From contig OX597814.1 of NCBI GenBank assembly GCA_951406725.2, positions 42,470,001-42,534,000 of the forward strand: a DNA stretch of 64,000 nucleotides. The letters are read 5' to 3'. This document shows, piece after piece, positions 1 to 12,790 of this stretch. Each line of letters opens with the position of its first letter. Position 1 is the stretch's first letter. Source of the stretch: Octopus vulgaris. Lineage: Eukaryota. The notes beneath the pieces are model-generated. The model saw nothing but the letters and a program-made list of their open reading frames with translations. It ran no database searches and had not been told where the DNA came from. Both the position numbers and the translations under genes were made by a program.

Positions 1-2804
1 AAACACAAATACGTATTTAAGCATTACATACATACATGCATGAATACATACATACATATATACATATACACATACATAATACAATTTTACACATATATGT
101 AAATACAAATATGCTTAAAAGTGTATACACCTATACATAAAAGTGTATGCATTTATGCGCATATGTATATATATGTATGCATATATGTGTGTGTGTGATT
201 TTTTGGTGTGTATGCATGTATGTATGTGTTGTGTGGACGCTCCCAGATGACGTAGGCTAGCCCAATACGTAGATATAGAGGGAGAAGTTTAGAAGTCAAA
301 AGTTAAGTAGAGGTCATCCTAACGTGCGATATAACAGTATGCACGTATGTATGTACTACACGTGTATATATGTATGATTGTATTTATTTATATTGTGTAA
401 CTTAACTCGTCACTCTTTCACGTGATTACAGATTAATTGGGAGAAAAAGAGGGAGAGAAAAGCAATCATGACATTAGATTGAAGTAACGTAATTGTAACG
501 CTTTCGCAAGATTAGTTGAGTGGAGGAAGTAAAATCAGAAAAAAAAAGGATAAGGCGAAGAGTGAAACACAAACAGAGAGAAATAAAAAAGAGGCAGAGA
601 GAAGCGTCCAGGTTGTGAGGTAGGAGGAACGTAGTATTTAATATGTGGTTTAAAGAGACTTAGATATATAATTTTAGCAGAGGGGTGATGTGCTGATGGT
701 GATGTTAAAAAAGGCAGAGAGAGTGAGAAGGGGAATAGACAGGAGGGAGAAGAGATGAAGAAAGTTAAAGGAGGGAGAGAAAGGGAGAGAGGAAAGAGTG
801 GGAGAGCGAGATGATGCTGGTCGCGGTGGAGCAGTGGTGGTAGTTGAGGTGGCGGTAAGTATCGCATAGTGAAAAGTGCATCTTCTTAAAATTTAACTAT
901 TGTTTTATATCACCTATCACTTCACGCATGCGTATAAGTTCAATTCCGTGAAATATTCACTCTTATTTACTTGGCAGATATATACAATTTATTTGAAGGT
1001 TGTATTCTATGTACGCGATATCTTTTTTTAATACGAAAAATGGAAAAATAAGTGTGAATATTTATTTTATGAGTGCTGTTTATTAAGACTATAAAATTCG
1101 GCATAAAGTATATAAAGTGTATATATAAAATGCATCAAGTAAAAATCGAATTCCAATTTCTTTCTCTTATGTATTTTATTCAGATACAACACAGGAAGCA
1201 CTTTAAGGTTTTTCGGGTAAAGTTTTCAGACATAACCTGACAGGTTTCCCATTAATTTCTTGAAATATTCGTAGGTCCCGCTAGTTTGAATAAACACTTA
1301 AATACTTACTCAGAAGCGTTAGATAATTTTTATGGTGTACACTAGATGGACTGGAAGACAATGAAAGAGTGGGGGATAATGTGGACATTAAAGGTGATTG
1401 GAAGAGAATGAAATAAATAAGGAATCTCAATATTCGATGTATTCTACAGGGCTTATAAAACGGGTAATAAATGGCGTTAAATTCGAAACACTCTAAATAG
1501 AGGTAGTAATTATCGTGGTGGATACGTGACCAGCGTATTACGAATAGAGACACTGGCAATTTAGACACGTCGTGAGAACTTTCAAAAGCGAAGCGCTGAA
1601 ATCTTAGGGTCACATGAAAATAACAGAAATATACACTTCAACTCAGTTGCTTAGTTTAAGTAGATAATGTCGGTTAGAAAAGTTTGAGTGGTTCATTATT
1701 CTATGTTGATCTGGCATCGAATTTCCTAGATTTAAGATTTAAAGGCGTAGTTTTGAAATATCTTGATAGGCTTTTGGAAGTTTTGGACTTTACTGCGTAG
1801 ATTGGGTATGAGCTTGCAAGTAATGATTACTTTAAAAAAATGCAATCCTGCTGAGTTATATGTTTTGTTTTTCGGCGTTTGCTACGCTTTTGCTCAGCGC
1901 TTGCTCTGAGTACAATAAATTCAAGTTAATATCAATATTGGTTGTAGCTGGAAATCAGGCTTACAAATGATTTATAATTGTATTCGTAGACATGTTCATG
2001 ATAGAGAGCATGAGGTTTTGAAAGGACCGGAATGTGATTTTATAGGCGATAGTGAGCGATGTACCAAGAAAGCAAATGCATTTATCTTTTCTGAGAAGAA
2101 ATTGGAAAATATTGGTGCAGTTTCAGGGGCAGAGTCCATAGTCAATGAAACTTAGAAATTGTAACTGCCTATCATTTTATCGACTACTTGCACATATCTT
2201 TAGTCATCCAGCTATCTTAGAAACATGTATTTAAGTGCATATGATTCACAGATGGAATAATATGCTATTATTAGGCTTATGTACGTTGTCTGAAATTTTT
2301 TACTTGCTAGATAATTTGGCTGTTTCTTTGTTAAGAAAGTGTGCTTGATATGAAACACAATCTTATGCAATCCGACAAAAGGACGTGATATTAAGAATTT
2401 CTTCTCTACCTTGTAAAACAAACTGACTTCATACATGGCAAAATTCTTTATCTACTTTCGTGACAGAAGGAGGCTACAAAAGTCCAAATACTTGGAAATA
2501 ACATTTGACATGATAAAGAATGAACCAGTATTGAAAATATGTGTCCTTTCTATCAAATACTCATTGATATTATTGTTGGAACAAAGACAATGTAAAAGGA
2601 ATAAAACTTACGCAGTTTCTTTGAAAGGAACATGCCTTTAATGAGTGATATTCTGAAAACCACAAATGCTATCATTGAATATCATTTCCTTACGAGATAT
2701 GTGAGTGTATATACGAAACGTTTATGCACGTATATATGAGAGCGTGTCTGTCAGGTCCGTGCCTATATGTGTATGTGTCAATGCGTTTCGCTTTCACCCT
2801 CCTG

Positions 2805-2846
<42 letters not shown>

Positions 2847-3749
2847 TCTCTTACACTGTGTATGTTGCAAACACATGAAACAGTTGAAGCAATGTTAATG
2901 AGATTAGCTTAACGCTTGATGAATGAATAAGAGCAAGTAAATGTATTGAAGTTCAGAGTGAATGTTATTCAGGTATTTAGACAGAGAATCGTTTTACGCA
3001 GTGTAAAACAAAGCAAAAATAAGGAACAATGGTTTTTCTATAAAGATCTATATTGTAGAATTTAGAGGAAAACTAAAGGCATAAAAACACACAATTTCTT
3101 TTTTTGATTTGCATAATAACTACAGGGGAGGTAATTCAGCGAAAATTATGGATTACATCTTCCTGTCTGTGTATGAAATTATTCTGTGCGTTGTGAACTC
3201 ATTATATATATTTTAAGATGTATGGTTTATACTCGTGACGTTATGTGTATGTGCACGTATACATAATCGTCTGCATCAGCAGTGTCGAGATGAATTTGTG
3301 TGCAAGGATAAGTATATATAAGTACGAACGTACGGTGTTTCTTTAAGTTTTATTCTTGAGAGTGTTCCAGCTGGTCGATAACGAAGAGGCAGAAGTCTGT
3401 GTGTTATGAGAATTTCCGGTGTTTGTAAATATGTAGTTGAGTTGTGCTGGTTGAACTACCCATTCAATAACCTAAGTGTGTGCATTTATTCACATAAGAA
3501 ACTCAAACGGAGACTTTTTAGAATGTGCTACTAAGAGATTGGATTTGGAGGGTTCACATTAGTTTCTTTTGATATTTGTCCGTGTAAACGAGTATTTCTA
3601 AGTTTTTGTGCAAATTTATTGGTGCTTAAGCTAATGCACTTATTATGCTCGTTATCAATGAGAATTCAAAGTCAGTGTACAAGAGCTGTAATTTCCGCAT
3701 TAATACGCCAACATGTTTCCCTCTTCCTTGATTTTCATTGTAAACTCAC

Positions 3750-3792
<43 letters not shown>

Positions 3793-4417
3793 TGTATGTA
3801 TGTATGCATGCACGTATGTATGTATGTATGTATGTATGTATGTATGTATGTATGTATGTATGTATGTATGTATGTATGTGAGTGTGTGTGTGTAAGAAGG
3901 TGTGCTTAAAGCTCCTGGCTTCAAGGGTATCAGGAAAGACTGAGTTCTTTTTCAGTTCTCAGAGATATTGAAGGACCGCTGGAACAAGTATGTGAATCTG
4001 AGAAGGAAGTATGATGTATTCGCGTGAATATATGCAGTGAGGTGAATGCACCTGTTAACTGAAAGAGAGTAGTGGTTGAATTCGTTTCGCATTATCGACG
4101 AAATTCTCGAACACCCATGTATACAGATATCACAAAAATTAAGAGATATTGAGTAGAATGATCGGTAAATCACAAAACTGGGGCAACTAGAGAATGGAGA
4201 GGTTGCTCATGAAAACGCAGGTTGAGCTGGTCAGATAGCGGTCGTTCAGTCTCTACGAAATATATTGATGTTATATTATTTATACACTCAATATTTCTTG
4301 AAGTTCTACATGTGATGAATTTCGTTACATAGAAAAATATAATGAATTCTTAGAAAAAAGGTGATGTAAGAAATATCACGCGGAAAACGTTGATAAACAA
4401 GTAAAAATTATACTCAA

Positions 4418-4814
4418 CTAGCAGTATCACCCGGCGTTACTCGGGATTGTAAGGGAAATAGCTATATAAGCATTTTTTAGAGATGTAAAGTATAATAGCC
4501 ATCTCAATATGGCTAACCACAAAGGGGGTGTTACTGTAGCTTTTTACGTTCTGAGATTTAATAATACATTTTTAGAGAGTTACTTCCCTTATATAAACCG
4601 AGCGAAAATGCATTACAAATACGGAAAAATTATGGTAATTTTTTTTTTAAATCGTAGACTCATCGTAGACGCGCGCTAATACCCAGAAAGGGCTCGATAT
4701 GAATCACGACTATAAGATACCTGCTTTTGGTTACACTGCACCGCAAAATGTGGGAGTAGTTAGGAATCTAAATCGTAGGAGACAGACACACAACTTGACT
4801 TTTATATATAAAGA
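4418..4814 (-). mobile_element. Non-autonomous Helitron-like element
   Basis: Minus strand starts 5'-TC (TCTTTATATATAAAAG), ends CTAG-3', has a subterminal GC hairpin (CCCGAGTAACGCCGGG), and lies between host A and T with no TSD. These are the canonical Helitron termini. Confidence 0.8.
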
Positions 4815-7760
4815 TAAAGCGAACCTAATGATTAAGTCAAAGCCGATAACTATGAAAGCTATTAGTCTTATTATCTTAATAAGTTATGGATATTTTAAAT
4901 GCTACGCTATAAATATATATTTTGTCGAGTATTGTAATATCGTTATGTTGTACTATATCGCATTAATTAAACAGCTCGCTAGTGTAACTAAATATGCTTT
5001 TTATAAAGGATTTACTCATTTTAATATCATCTGATTATTATATAAACATAATATACAAACACACACGTTTATAAACAGGAAAGGGGAAAACCTTGAGACT
5101 AAATTCTTTGATAAAACTAGCGGATATTTCTGATAACATTCAATAAGGTAATTGGTGTGGGGAAAATTAATAATTATGTTTATCTTACTCTAACATCGCT
5201 GATATACAAGGCAACTCACGAGGGATCTGTAGCTAAATAATTGATCACCCTTATTTGATCAGTATTTATCTCTGTATGCATGAGTAAGCGTGACTAAAAC
5301 GCTCTGGTAATTCAGGCTATCGCACAGGTTATAGTAATTTTTATCATCTAACTTTATCGTTTGACTATTTTAAGGAAATGCTGATGATGTAATAATAACA
5401 TCATCATTAACGAAAACAACGATGATAATGATGATGATCATGATCATGATCATGACGATGATGATGGTGATCATGATGATCATGATCATGATTATCATGA
5501 TAAAAATAATATAAATAATATTTATAATACTAGTAATAGTAACAAAAGCGTTTTTGTTTGCCAGAATGGCAACACCTGAGACCATATTATCAGTAAAAAT
5601 TACGAAAGAATGGTGGGGTTTTTGTAGAGTATGCTAGGAAAGAAATACATCAGACTTAAACGTACAAAAAGTGTGAAATAGGACAAATGATAGGACACCA
5701 TAAACGCAGCATAGACAATAAGGCTCATTGAAATGTTCCCACACCTTCGTATTATTGTATTATGAAATATGCGTGTAGCTTGGGCAAATCGCTTATTGGG
5801 CAGCATTTCTTGCCACTAGCGTATTGTTTGCTATGCTTTTTCATTAGGTCCCGTCTAAACGGCTACGCGTTATCTCTCTGCGATACTATCACCTATAGCT
5901 GTATATTTTCTAATTCTAGCCAACGCTAATTCTAACCTACGCTATTTTCTGTTGTTCATGCTGTTGTTGCTGCATCAGCACTTATATCTATTTTTGTTTG
6001 TGTTCTTGCTGCTGGTTTTAGTTTGATCTTATCACCGCTGTGGTTGTTCGTATTTTTCATGTGCAGTTACTTTTTACATTCTTCCTTCTTTTATTTTTTT
6101 ACCTAATGTAGCTTCTTTTTTATGCTATTATATATATATATATATATATATTTGCACTGATGTTGCTGTTGTTTTTGTCGATGTTATCGTCGTCGTCGTC
6201 GTCGTCGGATGGTTGAATGGTTTTCGTCGTCGCATAAATTGCCCGTTTAGTTTCGTGTTCGTGATTGCTGGAATAGTTTTCTCTTTGACTTCCTACTTGT
6301 TCGTTATCATACTAAGTACTTTTGAGTTTGTCTTGTGGGCAGAGGTGAGAAAAGAGTTTGCTTGGAATGTCTTTGCCTTGCTGTAATTTCAATTGACGTT
6401 AGTGGTATTGGTGAGACATCTTTGAAACTCTTTTCCAAGTAGTGTGTAACGGTATAGTTTCTGCAGTCGGCACACCCCCTATTCTTATGGATGAAGCGGC
6501 CAAGTTGTTTCCTGTAAAGGTAAAGAATGTCCACACATCTTTTGTTTACCACTGTACATCCAAAAGCTTAAGGGAGTCCACTTTGCAACTTATGCAGCAC
6601 ATAGGCGTTCCCACTCCCACCAGCAGTGGTGTTCCTTTAAAATCCTCGAAAACTACATGATCTTAGGGGTCTGGTAGTTCTTCAAGTGCAACGAATATGT
6701 AGAACACTTAGTCGGGTCTTGCACGATAAAACCTCATCTACCCGATGTACGCAGGTATTGTTATAAGTTTTTGGCATTTGTCCTTGCCCCAAACTTATTA
6801 CTAAGTATAGAAGTATCTGTCCCATGCTGTCAAACTGTTGCCACGAAACTTAGTGTTAATCGAGTTGCAATCAATCAATTTCTGGATAAATTATCGTCAT
6901 CCCTCTACGCTTTATAAACTTGCAGATATTTCGTCATTTGTTTTATTTACCGTTTTATGTCGTACACACCAATTCCAGTTCGACTCGTATAACATACAGA
7001 GACTGCGATTTTCACAGGATTACTACTGGACTGACGAAAATGGATTTTCCTTTTCCTTTGAGACATATCATTTGTGTCATTCTTGTTGGTGCTTTGTTGC
7101 TGTTCTTGTTATGGCTGTTGCTCTTTTTGATGTTGAATTTAGTAACAGTTCAGTTTTGCACTCATATTCTGGTGAATATAATTTCTTCCGCATATTTTTT
7201 GAAATAAAAAAACCCATAAAATTTGTATACGAGAAACTCTTAACACCCTATTCCTCAATATAAAGGAAGGTACAAGGGAAAACCTACAAAATAGAAAATG
7301 ATTTGTTTCTCGGATTAATTGATAAAAGAAATATCGAGAATTCTCGTCGGTGGGTAGAGTTATAATTTCTGGAATTTTAAAGAATCTAGTTCGGGCGTGA
7401 ATTTCCTCTTAACACAAAAGAATACCCACAATAACAACATGCGTAACAATAAAAACAATGACAATAATTAAAGAAAGTGGATGAAAATGAAAACAAAATA
7501 AACAACTTTAAATTGTAACATAGGCTGACTGTCCCTATCTCAATTTCTGTGCTTAGCCGACACTGATTTTCGATTCGCTAAATACGTATCAAGTTCATCC
7601 TTACATTATTTGATTTTCGAACATAAAGATATGTAACTAAATAAATCAGGATATTCACTGTTTTGCCATCTACTTACATAGAGTATATCTACCTCTCTCA
7701 ACAAAACAAATTTGGATAGCAAGATACATATATACATATATTATATTTATGTACATATGT

Positions 7761-7832
<72 letters not shown>

Positions 7833-8685
7833 GGACATGCAGCAAACGTATATATGTCTTTAAAACAAGTTAATTTTGAACATTTACATGTTAGTCAATA
7901 ACAGAAATTCGAATATGAGTGTATATGTGTGTGTATGTGTGTATGATTGAATTATCGAATGTGTATATATATGCGCATGTGCACGCGAGTAACTGTGTTT
8001 ACGATAATGACATCCGTTCGCAATGTAATTTTCAAAATTTCAGGTATAACAACCTTATAGTGAGATATAAATTCTAAGGAAATCCCATACATTTATGAGA
8101 AATATCTAATTATTAAGATTAGATTCGTGATTTTCTTATTTAAGCTCACAGTTTCAGTACTAATATGATTCGTATTTGAAAAGAAACTTATAATCATCGT
8201 GGAAATTGCGTGATTAAGATTATTACTGTAAACACTTAAATGACTCTCGTTCCTTTTTCTGTGCATTTTTTTTTAATATGAACATTCAAAACACCACCTC
8301 CATCATCCACCTGCGAAACAATTTGAACTGCAGCTAATAAATATGGACTTAACTCACTGTGAATAATCCATATTGAAGGACGCCTACTGTTAGTTTTAAT
8401 ATTCCTGCATATAGCACCGATATTTTGTTAAATTGAGAACTGTACGCATATATACGCCACATGATATATGGCAAAAGCTAGCGAGACCATGTATTTTCAA
8501 GTATAAATTAATTTCATTTATATCAATGTTATCTTTACAAATAAATATTTGTGTCTGTTAAATGTTTATTCATTTTAAACCAAATACATTCATAACACCA
8601 TCGATTCTTTTGCATTAACTATACGATATGTTCAATTAAATACGCCCGTATAGGTCACTTATGTTTAATGTATTTGTAACCAATA

Positions 8686-9205
8686 AGGCTGGCAGAATGA
8701 GTAAAGGGTAAAGACCCCCTTCGGTCATGAATGACCATGGGATTGCACCTAGAAAGTTACCCTCCTAGACACAAGTCCGGGCAAGGTTGTTTATGGAAGA
8801 CCAGCAGTCGCCCATGCATACCTGCCTCCTCTCTCCACGCCACCAGTGTTATCCAAGGGAAAGACAAAGGTCGATACAGCTTGGCACCAGTGACGTCGCA
8901 ACTCATTTCTACAGCTGAGTGAACTGGAGCAACGTGAAATAAAGTGCCTTGCTCAAGAACACAACACGCATCCCGGACCGGGATTCGAGCTCACAACCTC
9001 ACGATCGTAAGCCCGACGCTCTAACCACTGAGCCATGCAGAATGAGTAACGTATCGGAAAAATTCCGTAAGTTCAAATACCACACAGGTCAACTTTGCCT
9101 TTTATGACTTCGAGGTTAAAAAGATAAATACCAGTTATGTATTGGGAACGAGGAAAGTGAATATCAAGTACACCACGAAAATTTCAGCTATTGTGCCTAC
9201 AGCGA
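8686..9205 (+). mobile_element. Old SINE family B copy, interrupted by a family C SINE
   Basis: GCTGGCAGAA...GTTCAAAT...GGTCAACTTTGCCTTT...TACCAGTTA aligns by eye with the family B copies at 41447 and 63071; split by the 8705-9036 insert. Confidence 0.6.
8705..9036 (-). mobile_element. tRNA-derived SINE (family C) with 13-bp TSD
   Basis: Minus strand has A box TGGCTCAGTGG, B box GCTCGAATCCC and a CORE/V-like central motif (TGTGTTCTTGAGCAAGGCACTTTA...CTCAGCTGTAGAAATGAG). Perfect TSD GCAGAATGAGTAA at 8692-8704 and 9037-9049. Confidence 0.88.
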
Positions 9206-9895
9206 AAAAAAAAATTGATCATCAGTATCTCGAGTAATAACATAATAATAAAGTCAGAAGAAATATTAAAAGGTAACACTTATTAGGAATATCAGACAAA
9301 TCGATTCACTGAAATAAAATAAGTTTGCGCAATTATTATTTCATTCCCATATGAGTAGAAACATATATAAATTAGGTCTGCTAATATCATGTTCTTTTAG
9401 GAGTAAATGTATAACTTGATAATACTGTGCATTTTTGGATTGTTTCTATGACTGATAGTGGACGTATTTCATTATCGATTTTTGAAGATGCCATCACACG
9501 TTTCGATGTAAAATTATGGGCTTCTATGTCAACTCCCATAACTTACTTTAGAACATCAGAGTTGAGTTTTGAAAAAGTGTCCAAGGTCTGTAGATCTTAA
9601 AATTTAGTCTACTGCATGGTTTGATCAAGTAAAGTGGTACACCGGTGCTTCAGCTATAAACAAATTGCAGTTATTTATAATGTTGCATTCATTATCTGTA
9701 TTATTGTAGCAATACTGCACAGAATAAGTTTCCGTTTCCTTTAGATTATTAAGTGCTTTCTTGCATAATATTATTTGGCTACGTCACCTACTCTATTCCA
9801 TAATGTTAAATAATATTTTGTTAAATTGAACACAATTCCTCCATTAGACACGCAATCTATATAACATTTTTGCAATCAGAGGAAGTATATATATG

Positions 9896-9974
<79 letters not shown>

Positions 9975-10262
9975 GTGTGTGCGTGTGTGTTTGTGTGTGT
10001 GTGTATGCTTGTGTTCGTTGTGTATATATATATATATATATTTGGAAATCTGTTTGCAACCTAAATCTGCCTTTAATGAAATTATCTCCAATACTCCGTG
10101 AGTATAGCATCACCCACTAAGATGTTTGGAGAACTCATATGTATTTTAGCTGATGAGTACGGGACACTTTTATCTGCTGCAATTTTTGCAACTTGTAATA
10201 AAGCCTGTCTTTGTATGAAACAATTGTACTAAAAACTAATCCATCGTTGTTGCTTCTTTCAC

Positions 10263-10340
<78 letters not shown>

Positions 10341-10342
10341 AT

Positions 10343-10700
10343 GTAGGTCCCGGGTTGAGTCGGGGTTAACCACAGTAAATAAGGTACTCAATACATTGCA
10401 GAGTAAAGTAATTTATTTTATAGAAGGAGCTTCTACAGGACTAGAACTGTTTCATTCAGATGAAATCTTCAGGAAGCTGGCTGTCAAAGTAAGTTCTGGT
10501 AGTTATGCATTTAGGCAGATTTAAAGGAGTGATGTGGGGGACGTTTTTGGGGTAGGTTGGTAAACAGGGCACTAGCTATTGTTCTTAGGGGATTGGTCAA
10601 AAGGCCAGTGTCAGTGAGAAAAAAAATAATAATAATAATAAATAAATAAATATTTCATCTGAATGAAACAGTTCTAATCCTGTAGAAGCTCCTTCTATAA

Positions 10701-10705
<5 letters not shown>
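10343..10705 (-). mobile_element. Penelope/retrozyme-like repeat relic with inverted partial terminal copy
   Basis: About 10412-10466 is inverted at 10652-10705; contains an HHR; embedded in (TA)n. Confidence 0.6.
10428..10478 (-). ncRNA. Type I hammerhead ribozyme (intact core, weak helix II)
   Basis: Minus strand: AGCTTC-CTGAAGA-tttcatctgaat-GAA-ACAG-ttctagtc-CTGT-A-GAAGCT. Helix I 6 bp, helix III 4 bp, GUA cleavage triplet. Confidence 0.72.
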
Positions 10706-10756
<51 letters not shown>

Positions 10757-11700
10757 GTGTGTGTATTTGAAAATGTGAAAATTGAAGAAAGAATTATTCG
10801 GTATTAGTGAACGCAGCAAAATCAAATACAGTTCTTGAGAAACACAGAGTAAAAATAAAGCATTCACACTTCTTACTGTGCGGTTCTATATACAATGAAG
10901 GAGGCACTGTAAAAGATACACGCATAGACACTTGCGATAGAATTTTATTTCATCTAAGCGCGATTTTAATAAAAGAAAACATGCAAATACTCAGCCGTCA
11001 ACGCTATCATTTATAAGCGTGTATCCATGGTTAATCTGCATATGAAACGCACCTACTTCTCCATTTCCTCAAACAACTTCCTTCGTTGTGATTGTGGCAT
11101 ATTCAGCCCCAATTCCCCACTTTCTCACTCTTCTCTCTTCCACTCTCTCCCGCCTTCTTTCTTTCCCTCTCTCTCTCTTTCTATCTCTGTTATCCTCCTA
11201 CTACTATCACGTGACCCGTGACGACCTAAGGCGATGTCATTCTTTTGTGGGTTGCCTTCGATCGCTCTGGACACGATTTTCTTTGCTCCTCTCTCTACCC
11301 ATCCCGTGTCTATAATCTTTTAGGATAATTTTCATTTCTCCTTCACATTTTTTTGTATATGTATTATCATTATTAATTGGTGTCTTCTTGTGACCCTAAT
11401 CCTTTATTGCGATTAGTGTTTTGTCATTTGACCGTCCGATAACGATCTCGTTTTATGATTAGTCCCATTCCCGGCAAGTTTCGTGTCGGTACCTCCAGAG
11501 CGGTAGCAATATTATCGACAAATGGCTAAATTGCTGAGGAAAAATGGGCGACCTTCTGTATTGTAAATTCGCTTGTGCATTTAGTACATATCCGTTTGTT
11601 TACTACACTTTGTTATTAATTTTGTATATAGACATGCCATATTTTCCGTTTCTTGTCATTTTTTTAACACTGAAAATTTATATATATATATTTACGAAAA

Positions 11701-11855
11701 TAAACAAAAGACGAAGGCAGGTGGTGTACAAACAAACAGATGTATTAGTATAGCGCTCAGGAATAGAAAAAGTATTTTACGTTTCAAGCCTTCGCTCTTC
11801 TACAGAAAGGTACACAAAAAATACAAGGAGAGAAACAAGGAGAGAAAAAAATGTC
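11701..11855 (-). mobile_element. Short interspersed repeat carrying an HHR-like fold (second copy at 16534-16673)
   Basis: Near-identical ~140 bp to 16534-16673. Minus 11774-11809 reads CTTT-CTGTAGA-A-GAGC-gaag-GCTT-GAAAC-GT-A-AAAT. Confidence 0.7.
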
Positions 11856-11984
11856 TGTAGTAGCGAAAGATCTATCATGGTGTCTATATATATATACATA
11901 CATGCATACATATGTGTGTTTGTGTGTGTGTGTTTGTGTGTATAAATGGAGCAAGACGCAATAGAGGATATTAAAACGTTCGGT

Positions 11985-12285
11985 GAGACGATACAAAAGA
12001 AAACAAGAGAAAAAACAATTAGAATGACAGGCAAAAAAGACGGCTCACTCGTGGCCTTCTTTCTTCAGTCAAGTACCAGATGTCATGACCCTTTCGGGCA
12101 GTCACACTTGAGATGGCTCGATCCTGTTGCCCCCCATAAAGTCTAAGCTAAGAGTGTTAGACCCCTTTGCAAGAAAGCCAGCGATTGTGTATGGCAACAA
12201 AGACAAATAAAAAACAAACAAAAATGTACAACGTGGTACACAGTTACGAATACAAACAACAAGAAATAACAACAGGCGTCATTCG
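11985..12285. repeat. Interspersed repeat, diverged homolog of 63335-63630
   Basis: Shared ordered motifs GACGATAC, GACGG.TCA.TCG, AGTCAAG.ACC.GAT, TTTCGG, CTTGAGAT, CTAAGCTAAGA, AAGAAAGC, AACAGG.GT. Confidence 0.6.
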
Positions 12286-12509
12286 ACTGGACTTCTGGTT
12301 CTCGTTTTCTAATTTGTTCCAGCTATCTTTATTAAATATAATTGTTTGTACTTTTTGAATGCTCACCAAGTCTAAAAACGTATTTAATTATTAAATGACT
12401 TACAATAGTTTCAAATATATTGCATCCCGCTAAATTTTGAGAGGAGATTCGCTACAGTACAATTAAATATTACTTTAATAAATTACTAATATTACTGTAG
12501 GGAACTTTA

Positions 12510-12790
12510 TTTACATTATTTAAGTTTGACGGATATTTGCCCTCATCTTGATTGTTGTTAACACAATTTTTCGGCTGATATACCATCCAGCCTTGCTCAG
12601 GAATCTTGGGGAATTTTTGAACCTGGATTCTCATTCCTAAGGTATTTTTCGATATTATTATTATTATTATTATTATCATTATTATCATGGAGGTAACTGC
12701 TTGGAATCGAACTCGGAATCTTTGGGTTAGTATCCCGCACTCTTAAACACTACGCCATATCTTGTGGGCATATGGCGTAGTTTGCTTAAA
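12510..12790 (-). mobile_element. tRNA-head SINE-like element with 3' degenerate hammerhead (family D)
   Basis: Minus strand: A box TGGCGTAGTG, B box GAGTTCGATTCC, (AAT)n spacer, then an HHR-like fold at 12560-12605. The 5' head is duplicated in inverted orientation (12749-12760 / 12770-12781). Homolog at 53600-53890. Confidence 0.75.

Noticed and set aside
6307-6850. GC-richer stretch with short ORFs
   Set aside because: No recognisable domain or splice structure; possibly an old transposon fragment but unsupported.
8970-9036. tRNA-like sequences here and at ~12700-12757, ~15715-15785 and ~53820-53875
   Set aside because: SINE heads continuing into repeat bodies, without a proper acceptor stem; not tRNA genes.
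10148-10175. Lone CTGANGA motifs here and at ~24604, ~24854, ~45837 and ~60740
   Set aside because: Lack a correctly placed GAAA, helix III and helix I; expected by chance.
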